Source: Auanema rhodensis (taxonomy: Eukaryota; Animalia; Nematoda). Taken from it: DNA of 64,000 bases. The translations under genes were made by a program, and so were the position numbers. The stretch covers positions 186,001-250,000 of the forward strand of contig OZ059894.1 in NCBI GenBank assembly GCA_964057225.1, given 5' to 3'. Under the pieces are notes generated by a model, which was not told the origin of the DNA, searched no databases, and saw nothing but the letters and a program-made list of their open reading frames with translations. Positions 26,000 to 40,900 of the stretch are shown one piece after another; position 1 is the first letter of the stretch; every line of letters starts with the position of its first letter.

Positions 26000-28900
26000 T
26001 TTATCTTTCACGTGAAGCGAGTTACATACCAAGTGCACATCACGTGTACATTTAATTAGCATAAATTAAAGTTCACGTAAATTTCAAAGACATGGTTACC
26101 ATGAACCAATATCAATGAAAATTTGTTTTTAGACTAATATGGACATGGGGAATCTAATTTTGAAAACCGCATCTCTTTATCGTTCACGTGAAGCGAGTTA
26201 CATACCAAGTGCACATCACGTGTACATTTAATTAGCATAAATTAAAGTTCACGTAAATTTCAAAGTCATGGTTACCATGCACCAATATCAATAAAAATTT
26301 GTTTTTAGACTAATATGTACATGGGGAATCTTATTTTGAAAACCGCATCTCTTTATCTTTCACGTGAAGCGAGTTACATACCAAGTGCACATCACGTGTA
26401 CATTTAATTAGCATAAATTAAAGTTCACGTAAATTTCAAAGTCATGGTTACCATGCACCAATATCAATAAAAATTTGTTTTTAGACTAATATGGAGATGA
26501 GGAATCTTATTTTGAAAACCGCATCTCTTTATCTTTCACGTGAAGCGAGTTACATACCAAGTGCACATCACGTGTACATTTAATTAGCATAAATTAAAGT
26601 TCACGTAAATTTCAAAGTCATGGTTACCATGCACCAATATCAATAAAAATTTGTTTTTAGACTAATATGGAGATGAGGAATCTAATTTTGAAAACCGCAT
26701 CTCTTTATCTTTCACGTGAAGCGAGTTACATACCAAGTGCACATCACGTGTACATTTAATTAGCATAAATTAAAGTTCACGTTAATTTCAAAGTCATGGT
26801 TACCATGCACCAATATCAATAAAAATTTGTTTTTAGACTAATATGGACATGGGGAATCTTATTTTGAAAACCGCATATCTTTATCTTTCACGTGAAGCGA
26901 GTTACATACCAAGTGCACATCACGTGTACATTTAATTAGCATAAATTAAAGTTCACGTAAATTTCAAAGTCATGGTTACCATGAACCAATATCAATGAAA
27001 ATTTGTTTTTAGACTAATATGGACATGGGGAATCTAATTTTGAAAACCGCATCTCTTTATCTTTCACGTGAAGCGAGTTACATACCAAGTGCACATCACG
27101 TGTACATTTAATTAGCATAAATTAAAGTTCACGTTAATTTCAAAGTCATGGTTACCATGCACCAATATCAATAAAAATTTGTTTTTAGACTAATATGGAC
27201 ATGAGGAATCTAATTTTGAAAACCGCATCTCTTTATCTTTCACGTGAAGCGAGTTACATACCAAGTGCACATCACGTGTACATTTAATTAGCATAAATTA
27301 AAGTTCACGTAAATTTCAAAGTCATGGTTACCATGCACCAATATCAATAAAAATTTGTTTTTAGACTAATATGGACATGGGGAATCTAATTTTGAAAACC
27401 GCATCTCTTTATCTTTCACGTGAAGCGAGTTACATACCAAGTGCACATCACGTGTACATTTAATTAGCATAAATTAAAGTTCACGTAAATTTCAAAGTCA
27501 TGGTTACCATGCACCAATATCAATAAAAATTTGTTTTTAGACTAATATGGAGATGAGGAATCTAATTTTGAAAACCGCATCTCTTTATCTTTCACGTGAA
27601 GCGAGTTACATACCAAGTGCACATCACGTGTACATTTAATTAGCATAAATTAAAGTTCACGTTAATTTCAAAGTCATGGTTACCATGCACCAATATCAAT
27701 AAAAATTTGTTTTTAGACTAATATGGACATGGGGAATCTTATTTTGAAAACCGCATATCTTTATCTTTCACGTGAAGCGAGTTACATACCAAGTGCACAT
27801 CACGTGTACATTTAATTAGCATAAATTAAAGTTCACGTAAATTTCAAAGTCATGGTTACCATGAACCAATATCAATGAAAATTTGTTTTTAGACTAATAT
27901 GGACATGGGGAATCTAATTTTGAAAACCGCATCTCTTTATCTTTCACGTGAAGCGAGTTACATACCAAGTGCACATCACGTGTACATTTAATTAGCATAA
28001 ATTAAAGTTCACGTTAATTTCAAAGTCATGGTTACCATGCACCAATATCAATAAAAATTTGTTTTTAGACTAATATGGACATGGGGAATCCAATTTTAAA
28101 AACCGCATCTCTTTATCTTTCACGTGAAGCGAGTTACATACCAAGTGCACATCACGTGTACATTTAATTAGCATAAATTAAAGTTCACGTAAATTTCAAA
28201 GTCATGGTTACCATGAACCAATATCAATGAAAATTTGTTTTTAGACTAATATGGACATGGGGAATCTAATTTTGAAAACCGCATCTCTTTATCGTTCACG
28301 TGAAGCGAGTTACATACGAAGTGCACATCACGTGTACATTTAATTAGCATAAATTAAAGTTCACGTAAATTTCAAAGTCATGGTTACCATGCACCAATAT
28401 CAATAAAAATTTGTTTTTAGACTAATATGGACATGGGGAATCTAATTTTGAAAACCGCATCTCTTTATCTTTCACGCGAAGCGAGTTACATACCAAGTGC
28501 ACATCACGTGTACATTTAATTAGCATAAATTAAAGTTCACGTAAATTTCAAAGTCATGGTTACCATGCACCAATATCAATAAAAATTTGTTTTTAGACTA
28601 ATATGTACATGGGGAATCTTATTTTGAAAACCGCATCTCTTTATCTTTCACGTGAAGCGAGTTACATACCAAGTGCACATCACGTGTACATTTAATTAGC
28701 ATAAATTAAAGTTCACGTAAATTTCAAAGTCATGGTTACCATGCACCAATATCAATAAAAATTTGTTTTTAGACTAATATGGAGATGAGGAATCTAATTT
28801 TGAAAACCGCATCTCTTTATCTTTCACGTGAAGCGAGTTACATACCAAGTGCACATCACGTGTACATTTAATTAGCATAAATTAAAGTTCACGTAAATTT

Positions 28901-31900
28901 CAAAGACATGGTTACCATGAACCAATATCAATGAAAATTTGTTTTCAGACTAATATGGACATGGGGAATCTAATTTTGAAAACCGCATCTCTTTATCGTT
29001 CACGTGAAGCGAGTTACATACCAAGTGCACATCACGTGTACATTTAATTAGCATAAATTAAAGTTCACGTAAATTTCAAAGTCATGGTTACCATGCACCA
29101 ATATCAATAAAAATTTGTTTTTAGACTAATATGTACATGGGGAATCTTATTTTGAAAACCGCATCTCTTTATCTTTCACGTGAAGCGAGTTACATACCAA
29201 GTGCACATCACGTGTACATTTAATTAGCATAAATTAAAGTTCACGTAAATTTCAAAGTCATGGTTACCATGCACCAATATCAATAAAAATTTGTTTTTAG
29301 ACTAATATGGAGATGAGGAATCTAATTTTGAAAACCGCATCTCTTTATCTTTCACGTGAAGCGAGTTACATACCAAGTGCACATCACGTGTACATTTAAT
29401 TAGCATAAATTAAAGTTCACGTTAATTTCAAAGTCATGGTTACCATGCACCAATATCAATAAAAATTTGTTTTTAGACTAATATGGACATGGGGAATCTT
29501 ATTTTGAAAACCGCATATCTTTATCTTTCACGTGAAGCGAGTTACATACCAAGTGCACATCACGTGTACATTTAATTAGCATAAATTAAAGTTCACGTAA
29601 ATTTCAAAGTCATGGTTACCATGAACCAATATCAATGAAAATTTGTTTTTAGACTAATATGGACATGGGGAATCTAATTTTGAAAACCGCATCTCTTTAT
29701 CTTTCACGTGAAGCGAGTTACATACCAAGTGCACATCACGTGTACATTTAATTAGCATAAATTAAAGTTCACGTTAATTTCAAAGTCATGGTTACCATGC
29801 ACCAATATCAATAAAAATTTGTTTTTAGACTAATATGGACATGAGGAATCTAATTTTGAAAACCGCATCTCTTTATCTTTCACGTGAAGCGAGTTACATA
29901 CCAAGTGCACATCACGTGTACATTTAATTAGCATAAATTAAAGTTCACGTAAATTTCAAAGTCATGGTTACCATGCACCAATATCAATAAAAATTTGTTT
30001 TTAGACTAATATGTACATGGGGAATCTTATTTTGAAAACCGCATCTCTTTATCTTTCACGTGAAGCGAGTTACATACCAAGTGCACATCACGTGTACATT
30101 TAATTAGCATAAATTAAAGTTCACGTAAATTTCAAAGTCATGGTTACCATGCACCAATATCAATAAAAATTTGTTTTTAGACTAATATGGACATGGGGAA
30201 TCTAATTTTGAAAACCGCATCTCTTTATCTTTCACGTGAAGCGAGTTACATACCAAGTGCACATCACGTGTACATTTAATTAGCATAAATTAAAGTTCAC
30301 GTAAATTTCAAAGTCATGGTTACCATGCACCAATATCAATAAAAATTTGTTTTTAGACTAATATGGAGATGAGGAATCTAATTTTGAAAACCGCATCTCT
30401 TTATCTTTCACGTGAAGCGAGTTACATACCAAGTGCACATCACGTGTACATTTAATTAGCATAAATTAAAGTTCACGTTAATTTCAAAGTCATGGTTACC
30501 ATGCACCAATATCAATAAAAATTTGTTTTTAGACTAATATGGACATGGGGAATCTTATTTTGAAAACCGCATATCTTTATCTTTCACGTGAAGCGAGTTA
30601 CATACCAAGTGCACATCACGTGTACATTTAATTAGCATAAATTAAAGTTCACGTAAATTTCAAAGTCATGGTTACCATGAACCAATATCAATGAAAATTT
30701 GTTTTTAGACTAATATGGACATGGGGAATCTAATTTTGAAAACCGCATCTCTTTATCTTTCACGTGAAGCGAGTTACATACCAAGTGCACATCACGTGTA
30801 CATTCAATTAGCATAAATTAAAGTTCACGTAAATTTCAAAGACATGGTTACCATGAACCAATATCAATGAAAATTTGTTTTTAGACTAATATGGACATGG
30901 GGAATCTAATTTTGAAAACCGCATCTCTTTATCTTTCACGTGAAGCGAGTTACATACCAAGTGCACATCACGTGTACATTTAATTAGCATAAATTAAAGT
31001 TCACGTTAATTTCAAAGTCATGGTTACCATGCACCAATATCAATAAAAATTTGTTTTTAGACTAATATGGACATGGGGAATCCAATTTTAAAAACCGCAT
31101 CTCTTTATCTTTCACGTGAAGCGAGTTACATACCAAGTGCACATCACGTGTACATTTAATTAGCATAAATTAAAGTTCACGTAAATTTCAAAGTCATGGT
31201 TACCATGAACCAATATCAATGAAAATTTGTTTTTAGACTAATATGGACATGGGGAATCTAATTTTGAAAACCGCATCTCTTTATCTTTCACGTGAAGCGA
31301 GTTACATACCAAGTGCACATCACGTGTACATTCAATTAGCATAAATTAAAGTTCACGTAAATTTCAAAGACATGGTTACCATGAACCAATATCAATGAAA
31401 ATTTGTTTTTAGACTAATATGGACATGGGGAATCTAATTTTGAAAACCGCATCTCTTTATCTTTCACGTGAAGCGAGTTACATACCAAGTGCACATCACG
31501 TGTACATTTAATTAGCATAAATTAAAGTTCACGTAAATTTCAAAGTCATGGTTACCATGCACCAATATCAATAAAAAATTGTTTTTAGACTAATATGGAC
31601 ATGGGGAATCTAATTTTGAAAACCGCATCTCTTTATCTTTTACGTGAAGCGAGTTACATACCAAGTGCACATCACGTGTACATTTAATTAGCATAAATTA
31701 AAGTTCACGTTAATTTCAAAGTCATGGTTACCATGCACCAATATCAATAAAAATTTGTTTTTAGACTAATATGGACATGGGGAATCTTATTTTGAAAACC
31801 GCATATCTTTATCTTTCACGTGAAGCGAGTTACATACCAAGTGCACATCACGTGTACATTTAATTAGCATAAATTAAAGTTCACGTAAACTTCAAAGTCA

Positions 31901-34900
31901 TGGTTACCATGCACCAATATCAATAAAAATTTGTTTTTAGACTAATATGGACATGGGGAATCTTATTTTGAAAACCGCATCTCTTTATCTTTCACGTGAA
32001 GCGAGTTACATACCAAGTGCACATCACGTGTACATTTAATTAGCATAAATTAAAGTTCACGTAAATTTCAAAGTCATGGTTACCATGCACCAATATCAAT
32101 AAAAATTTGTTTTTAGACTAATATGGACATGGGGAATATAATTTTGAAAACCGCATCTCTTTATCTTTCACGTGAAGCGAGTTACATACCAAGTGCACAT
32201 CACGTGTACATTTAATTAGCATAAATTAAAGTTCACGTAAATTTCAAAGTCATGGTTACCATGCACCAATATCAATAAAAATTTGTTTTTAGACTAATAT
32301 GGACATGAGGAATCTAATTTTGAAAACCGCATCTCTTTATCTTTCACGTGAAGCGAGTTACATACCAAGTGCACATCACGTGTACATTTAATTAGCATAA
32401 ATTAAAGTTCACGTAAATTTCAAAGTCATGGTTACCATGCACCAATATCAATAAAAATTTGTTTTTAGACTAATATGTACATGGGGAATCTTATTTTGAA
32501 AACCGCATCTCTTTATCTTTCACGTGAAGCGAGTTACATACCAAGTGCACATCACGTGTACATTTAATTAGCATAAATTAAAGTTCACGTAAATTTCAAA
32601 GTCATGGTTACCATGCACCAATATCAATAAAAATTTGTTTTTAGACTAATATGGACATGGGGAATCTAATTTTGAAAACCGCATCTCTTTATCTTTCACG
32701 TGAAGCGAGTTACATACCAAGTGCACATCACGTGTACATTTAATTAGCATAAATTAAAGTTCACGTAAATTTCAAAGTCATGGTTACCATGCACCAATAT
32801 CAATAAAAATTTGTTTTTAGACTAATATGGAGATGAGGAATCTAATTTTGAAAACCGCATCTCTTTATCTTTCACGTGAAGCGAGTTACATACCAAGTGC
32901 ACATCACGTGTACATTTAATTAGCATAAATTAAAGTTCACGTAAATTTCAAAGTTATGGTTACCATGCACCAATATCAATAAAAAATTGTTTTTAGACTA
33001 ATATGGACATGGGAAATCTAATTTTGAAAACCGCATCTCTTTATCTTTCACGTGAAGCGAGTTACATACCAAGTGCACATCACGTGTACATTTAATTAGC
33101 ATAAATTAAAGTTCACGTAAATTTCAAAGTCATGGTTACCATGAACCAATATCAATAAAAGTTTGTTTTTAGACTAATATGGACATGGGGAATCAAATTT
33201 TGAAAACCGCATCTCTTTATCTTTCACGTGAAGCGAGTTACATACCAAGTGCACATCACGTGTACATTTAATTAGCATAAATTAAAGTTCACGTAAATTT
33301 CAAAGTCATGGTTACCATGCACCAATATCAATAAAAATTTGTTTTTAGACTAATATGGACATGGGGAATCTAATTTTGAAAACCGCATCTCTTTATCTTT
33401 CACGTGAAGCGAGTTACATACCAAGTGCACATCACGTGTACATTTAATTAGCATAAATTAAAGTTCACGTAAATTTCAAAGTCATGGTTACCATGAACCA
33501 ATATCAATGAAAATTTGTTTTTAGACTAATATGGACATGGGGAATCAAATTTTGAAAACCGCATCTCTTTATCTTTCACGTGAAGCGAGTTACATACCAA
33601 GTGCACATCACGTGTACATTTAATTAGCATAAATTAAAGTTCACGTAAATTTCAAAGTCATGGTTACCATGAACCAATATCAATAAAAATTTGTTTTTAG
33701 ACTAATATGGACATGGGGAATCTAATTTTGAAAACCGCATCTCTTTATCTTTCACGTGAAGCGAGTTACATACCAAGTGCACATCACGTGTACATTTAAT
33801 TAGCATAAATTAAAGTTCACGTAAATTTCAAAGACATGGTTACCATGAACCAATATCAATGAAAATTTGTTTTTAGACTAATATGGACATGGGAAATCTA
33901 ATTTTGAAAACCGCATCTCTTTATCTTTCACGTGAAGCGAGTTACATTCCAAGTGCACATCACGTGTACATTTAATTAGCATAAATTAAAGTTCACGTAA
34001 ATTTCAAAGTCATGGTTACCATGCACCAATATCAATAAAAATTTGTTTTTAGACTAATATGGACATGGGGAATCTTATTTTGAAAACCGCATATCTTTAT
34101 CTTTCACGTGAAGCGAGTTACATACCAAGTGCACATCACGTGTACATTTAATTAGCATAAATTAAAGTTCACGTAAACTTCAAAGTCATGGTTACCATGC
34201 ACCAATATCAATAAAAATTTGTTTTTAGACTAATATGGACATGAGGAATCTAATTTTGAAAACCGCATCTCTTTATCTTTCACGTGAAGCGAGTTACATA
34301 CCAAGTGCACATCACGTGTACATTTAATTAGCATAAATTAAAGTTCACGTAAATTTCAAAGACATGGTTACCATGAACCAATATCAATGAAAATTTGTTT
34401 TTAGACTAATATGGACATGGGGAATCTTATTTTGAAAACCGCATCTCTTTATCTTTCACGTGAAGCGAGTTACATACCAAGTGCACATCACGTGTACATT
34501 TAATTAGCATAAATTAAAGTTCACGTAAATTTCAAAGTCATGGTTACCATGCACCAATATCAATAAAAATTTGTTTTTAGACTAATATGTACATGGGGAA
34601 TCTTATTTTGAAAACCGCATCTCTTTATCTTTCACGTGAAGCGAGTTACATACCAAGTGCACATCACGTGTACATTTAATTAGCATAAATTAAAGTTCAC
34701 GTAAATTTCAAAGTCATGGTTACCATGAACCAATATCAATGAAAATTTGTTTTTAGACTAATATGGACATGGGGAATCAAATTTTGAAAACCGCATCTCT
34801 TTATCTTTCACGTGAAGCGAGTTACATACCAAGTGCACATCACGTGTACATTTAATTAGCATAAATTGAAGTTCACGTAAATTTCAAAGTCATGGTTACC

Positions 34901-37900
34901 ATGAACCAATATCAATAAAAATTTGTTTTTAGACTAATATGGACATGGGGAATCTAATTTTGAAAACCGCATCTCTTTATCTTTCACGTGAAGCGAGTTA
35001 CATACCAAGTGCACATCACGTGTACATTTAATTAGCATAAATTAAAGTTCACGTAAATTTCAAAGACATGGTTACCATGAACCAATATCAATGAAAATTT
35101 GTTTTTAGACTAATATGGACATGGGGAATCTAATTTTGAAAACCGCATCTCTTTATCTTTCACGTGAAGCGAGTTACATACCAAGTGCACATCACGTGTA
35201 CATTTAATTAGCATAAATTAAAGTTCACGTAAATTTCAAAGTCATGGTTACCATGCACCAATATCAATAAAAATTTGTTTTTAGACTAATATGGACATGG
35301 GGAATCTTATTTTGAAAACCGCATATCTTTATCTTTCACGTGAAGCGAGTTACATACCAAGTGCACATCACGTGTACATTTAATTAGCATAAATTAAAGT
35401 TCACGTAAACTTCAAAGTCATGGTTACCATGCACCAATATCAATAAAAATTTGTTTTTAGACTAATATGGACATGAGGAATCTAATTTTGAAAACCGCAT
35501 CTCTTTATCTTTCACGTGAAGCGAGTTACATACCAAGTGCACATCACGTGTACATTTAATTAGCATAAATTAAAGTTCACGTAAATTTCAAAGTCATGGT
35601 TACCATGCACCAATATCAATAAAAATTTGTTTTTAGACTAATATGGACATGGGGAATCTAATTTTGAAAACCGCATCTCTTTATCTTTCACGTGAAGCGA
35701 GTTACATACCAAGTGCACATCACGTGTACATTTAATTAGCATAAATTAAAGTTCACGTAAATTTCAAAGTCATGGTTACCATGAACCAATATCAATGAAA
35801 ATTTGTTTTTAGACTAATATGGACATGGGGAATCAAATTTTGAAAACCGCATCTCTTTATCTTTCACGTGAAGCGAGTTACATACCAAGTGCACATCACG
35901 TGTACATTTAATTAGCATAAATTAAAGTTCACGTAAATTTCAAAGTCATGGTTACCATGAACCAATATCAATAAAAATTTGTTTTTAGACTAATATGGAC
36001 ATGGGGAATCTAATTTTGAAAACCGCATCTCTTTATCTTTCACGTGAAGCGAGTTACATTCCAAGTGCACATCACGTGTACATTTAATTAGCATAAATTA
36101 AAGTTCACGTAAATTTCAAAGTCATGGTTACCATGCACCAATATCAATAAAAATTTGTTTTTAGACTAATATGGACATGGGGAATCTTATTTTGAAAACC
36201 GCATATCTTTATCTTTCACGTGAAGCGAGTTACATACCAAGTGCACATCACGTGTACATTTAATTAGCATAAATTAAAGTTCACGTAAACTTCAAAGTCA
36301 TGGTTACCATGCACCAATATCAATAAAAATTTGGTTTTAGACTAATATGGACATGAGGAATCTAATTTTGAAAACCGCATCTCTTTATCTTTCACGTGAA
36401 GCGAGTTACATACCAAGTGCACATCACGTGTACATTTAATTAGCATAAATTAAAGTTCACGTAAATTTCAAAGACATGGTTACCATGAACCAATATCAAT
36501 GAAAATTTGTTTTTAGACTAATATGGACATGGGGAATCTTATTTTGAAAACCGCATCTCTTTATCTTTCACGTGAAGCGAGTTACATACCAAGTGCACAT
36601 CACGTGTACATTTAATTAGCATAAATTAAAGTTCACGTAAATTTCAAAGTCATGGTTACCATACACCAATATCAATAAAAATTTGTTTTTAGACTAATAT
36701 GTACATGGGGAATCTTATTTTGAAAACCGCATCTCTTTATCTTTCACGTGAAGCGAGTTACATACCAAGTGCACATCACGTGTACATTTAATTAGCATAA
36801 ATTAAAGTTCACGTAAATTTCAAAGTCATGGTTACCATGAACCAATATCAATGAAAATTTGTTTTTAGACTAATATGGACATGGGGAATCAAATTTTGAA
36901 AACCGCATCTCTTTATCTTTCACGTGAAGCGAGTTACATACCAAGTGCACATCACGTGTACATTTAATTAGCATAAATTGAAGTTCACGTAAATTTCAAA
37001 GTCATGGTTACCATGCACCAATATCAATAAAAATTTGTTTTTAGACTAATATGGACATGGGGAATCTTATTTTGAAAACCGCATATCTTTATCTTTCACG
37101 TGAAGCGAGTTACATACCAAGTGCACATCACGTGTACATTTAATTAGCATAAATTAAAGTTCACGTAAACTTCAAAGTCATGGTTACCATGCACCAATAT
37201 CAATAAAAATTTGTTTTTAGACTAATATGGACATGAGGAATCTAATTTTGAAAACCGCATCTCTTTATCTTTCACGTGAAGCGAGTTACATACCAAGTGC
37301 ACATCACGTGTACATTTAATTAGCATAAATTAAAGTTCACGTAAATTTCAAAGACATGGTTACCATGAACCAATATCAATGAAAATTTGTTTTTAGACTA
37401 ATATGGACATGGGGAATCTAATTTTGAAAACCGCATCTCTTTATCGTTCACGTGAAGCGAGTTACATACGAAGTGCACATCACGTGTACATTTAATTAGC
37501 ATAAATTAAAGTTCACGTAAATTTCAAAGTCATGGTTACCATGCACCAATATCAATAAAAAATTGTTTTTAGACTAATATGGACATGGGGAATCTAATTT
37601 TGAAAACCGCATCTCTTTATCTTTCACGCGAAGCGAGTTACATACCAAGTGCACATCACGTGTACATTTAATTAGCATAAATTAAAGTTCACTTTAATTT
37701 CAAAGTCATGGTTACCATGCACCAATATCAATAAAAATTTGTTTTTAGACTAATATGGACATGGGGAATCTAATTTTGAAAACCGCATCTCTTTATCGTT
37801 CACGTGAAGCGAGTTACATACGAAGTGCACATCACGTGTACATTTAATTAGCATAAATTAAAGTTCACGTAAATTTCAAAGTCATGGTTACCATGCACCA

Positions 37901-40900
37901 ATATCAATAAAAATTTGTTTTTAGACTAATATGTACATGGGGAATCTTATTTTGAAAACCGCATCTCTTTATCTTTCACGTGAAGCGAGTTACATACCAA
38001 GTGCACATCACGTGTACATTTAATTAGCATAAATTAAAGTTCACGTAAATTTCAAAGTCATGGTTACCATGAACCAATATCAATGAAAATTTGTTTTTAG
38101 ACTAATATGGACATGGGGAATCAAATTTTGAAAACCGCATCTCTTTATCTTTCACGTGAAGCGAGTTACATACCAAGTGCACATCACGTGTACATTTAAT
38201 TAGCATAAATTGAAGTTCACGTAAATTTCAAAGTCATGGTTACCATGAACCAATATCAATGAAAATTTGTTTTTAGACTAATATGGACATGGGGAATCTA
38301 ATTTTGAAAACCGCATCTCTTTATCTTTCACGTGAAGCGAGTTACATACCAAGTGCACATCACGTGTACATTTAATTAGCATAAATTAAAGTTCACGTAA
38401 ATTTCAAAGACATGGTTACCATGAACCAATATCAATGAAAATTTGTTTTTAGACTAATATGGACATGGGGAATCTAATTTTGAAAACCGCATCTCTTTAT
38501 CTTTCACGTGAAGCGAGTTACATACCAAGTGCACATCACGTGTACATTTAATTAGCATAAATTAAAGTTCACGTAAATTTCAAAGTCATGGTTACCATGC
38601 ACCAATATCAATAAAAATTTGTTTTTAGACTAATATGGACATGGGGAATCTTATTTTGAAAACCGCATCTCTTTATCTTTCACGTGAAGCGAGTTACATA
38701 CCAAGTGCACATCACGTGTACATTTAATTAGCATAAATTAAAGTTCACGTAAATTTCAAAGTCATGGTTACCATGCACCAATATCAATAAAAATTTGTTT
38801 TTAGACTAATATGTACATGGGGAATCTTATTTTGAAAACCGCATCTCTTTATCTTTCACGTGAAGCGAGTTACATACCAAGTGCACATCACGTGTACATT
38901 TAATTAGCATAAATTAAAGTTCACGTAAATTTCAAAGTCATGGTTACCATGAACCAATATCAATGAAAATTTGTTTTTAGACTAATATGGACATGGGGAA
39001 TCAAATTTTGAAAACCGCATCTCTTTATCTTTCACGTGAAGCGAGTTACATACCAAGTGCACATCACGTGTACATTTAATTAGCATAAATTGAAGTTCAC
39101 GTAAATTTCAAAGTCATGGTTACCATGAACCAATATCAATAAAAATTTGTTTTTAGACTAATATGGACATGGGGAATCTAATTTTGAAAACCGCATCTCT
39201 TTATCTTTCACGTGAAGCGAGTTACATACCAAGTGCACATCACGTGTACATTTAATTAGCATAAATTAAAGTTCACGTAAATATCAAAGACATGGTTACC
39301 ATGAACCAATATCAATGAAAATTTGTTTTTAGACTAATATGGACATGGGGAATCTAATTTTGAAAACCGCATCTCTTTATCTTTCACGTGAAGCGAGTTA
39401 CATACCAAGTGCACATCACGTGTACATTTAATTAGCATAAATTAAAGTTCACGTAAATTTCAAAGTCATGGTTACCATGCACCAATATCAATAAAAATTT
39501 GTTTTTAGACTAATATGGACATGGGGAATCTTATTTTGAAAACCGCATCTCTTTATCTTTCACGTGAAGCGAGTTACATACCAAGTGCACATCACGTGTA
39601 CATTTAATTAGCATAAATTAAAGTTCACGTAAATTTCAAAGACATGGTTACCATGAACCAATATCAATGAAAATTTGTTTTTAGACTAATATGGACATGG
39701 GGAATCTAATTTTGAAAACCGCATCTCTTTATCGTTCACGTGAAGCGAGTTACATACCAAGTGCACATCACGTGTACATTTAATTAGCATAAATTAAAGT
39801 TCACGTAAATTTCAAAGTCATGGTTACCATGCACCAATATCAATAAAAATTTGTTTTTAGACTAATATGTACATGGGGAATCTTATTTTGAAAACCGCAT
39901 CTCTTTATCTTTCACGTGAAGCGAGTTACATACCAAGTGCACATCACGTGTACATTTAATTAGCATAAATTAAAGTTCACGTAAATTTCAAAGTCATGGT
40001 TACCATGCACCAATATCAATAAAAATTTGTTTTTAGACTAATATGGAGATGAGGAATCTTATTTTGAAAACCGCATCTCTTTATCTTTCACGTGAAGCGA
40101 GTTACATACCAAGTGCACATCACGTGTACATTTAATTAGCATAAATTAAAGTTCACGTAAATTTCAAAGTCATGGTTACCATGCACCAATATCAATAAAA
40201 ATTTGTTTTTAGACTAATATGGAGATGAGGAATCTAATTTTGAAAACCGCATCTCTTTATCTTTCACGTGAAGCGAGTTACATACCAAGTGCACATCACG
40301 TGTACATTTAATTAGCATAAATTAAAGTTCACGTTAATTTCAAAGTCATGGTTACCATGCACCAATATCAATAAAAATTTGTTTTTAGACTAATATGGAC
40401 ATGGGGAATCTTATTTTGAAAACCGCATATCTTTATCTTTCACGTGAAGCGAGTTACATACCAAGTGCACATCACGTGTACATTTAATTAGCATAAATTA
40501 AAGTTCACGTAAATTTCAAAGTCATGGTTACCATGAACCAATATCAATGAAAATTTGTTTTTAGACTAATATGGACATGGGGAATCTAATTTTGAAAACC
40601 GCATCTCTTTATCTTTCACGTGAAGCGAGTTACATACCAAGTGCACATCACGTGTACATTTAATTAGCATAAATTAAAGTTCACGTTAATTTCAAAGTCA
40701 TGGTTACCATGCACCAATATCAATAAAAATTTGTTTTTAGACTAATATGGACATGAGGAATCTAATTTTGAAAACCGCATCTCTTTATCTTTCACGTGAA
40801 GCGAGTTACATACCAAGTGCACATCACGTGTACATTTAATTAGCATAAATTAAAGTTCACGTAAATTTCAAAGTCATGGTTACCATGCACCAATATCAAT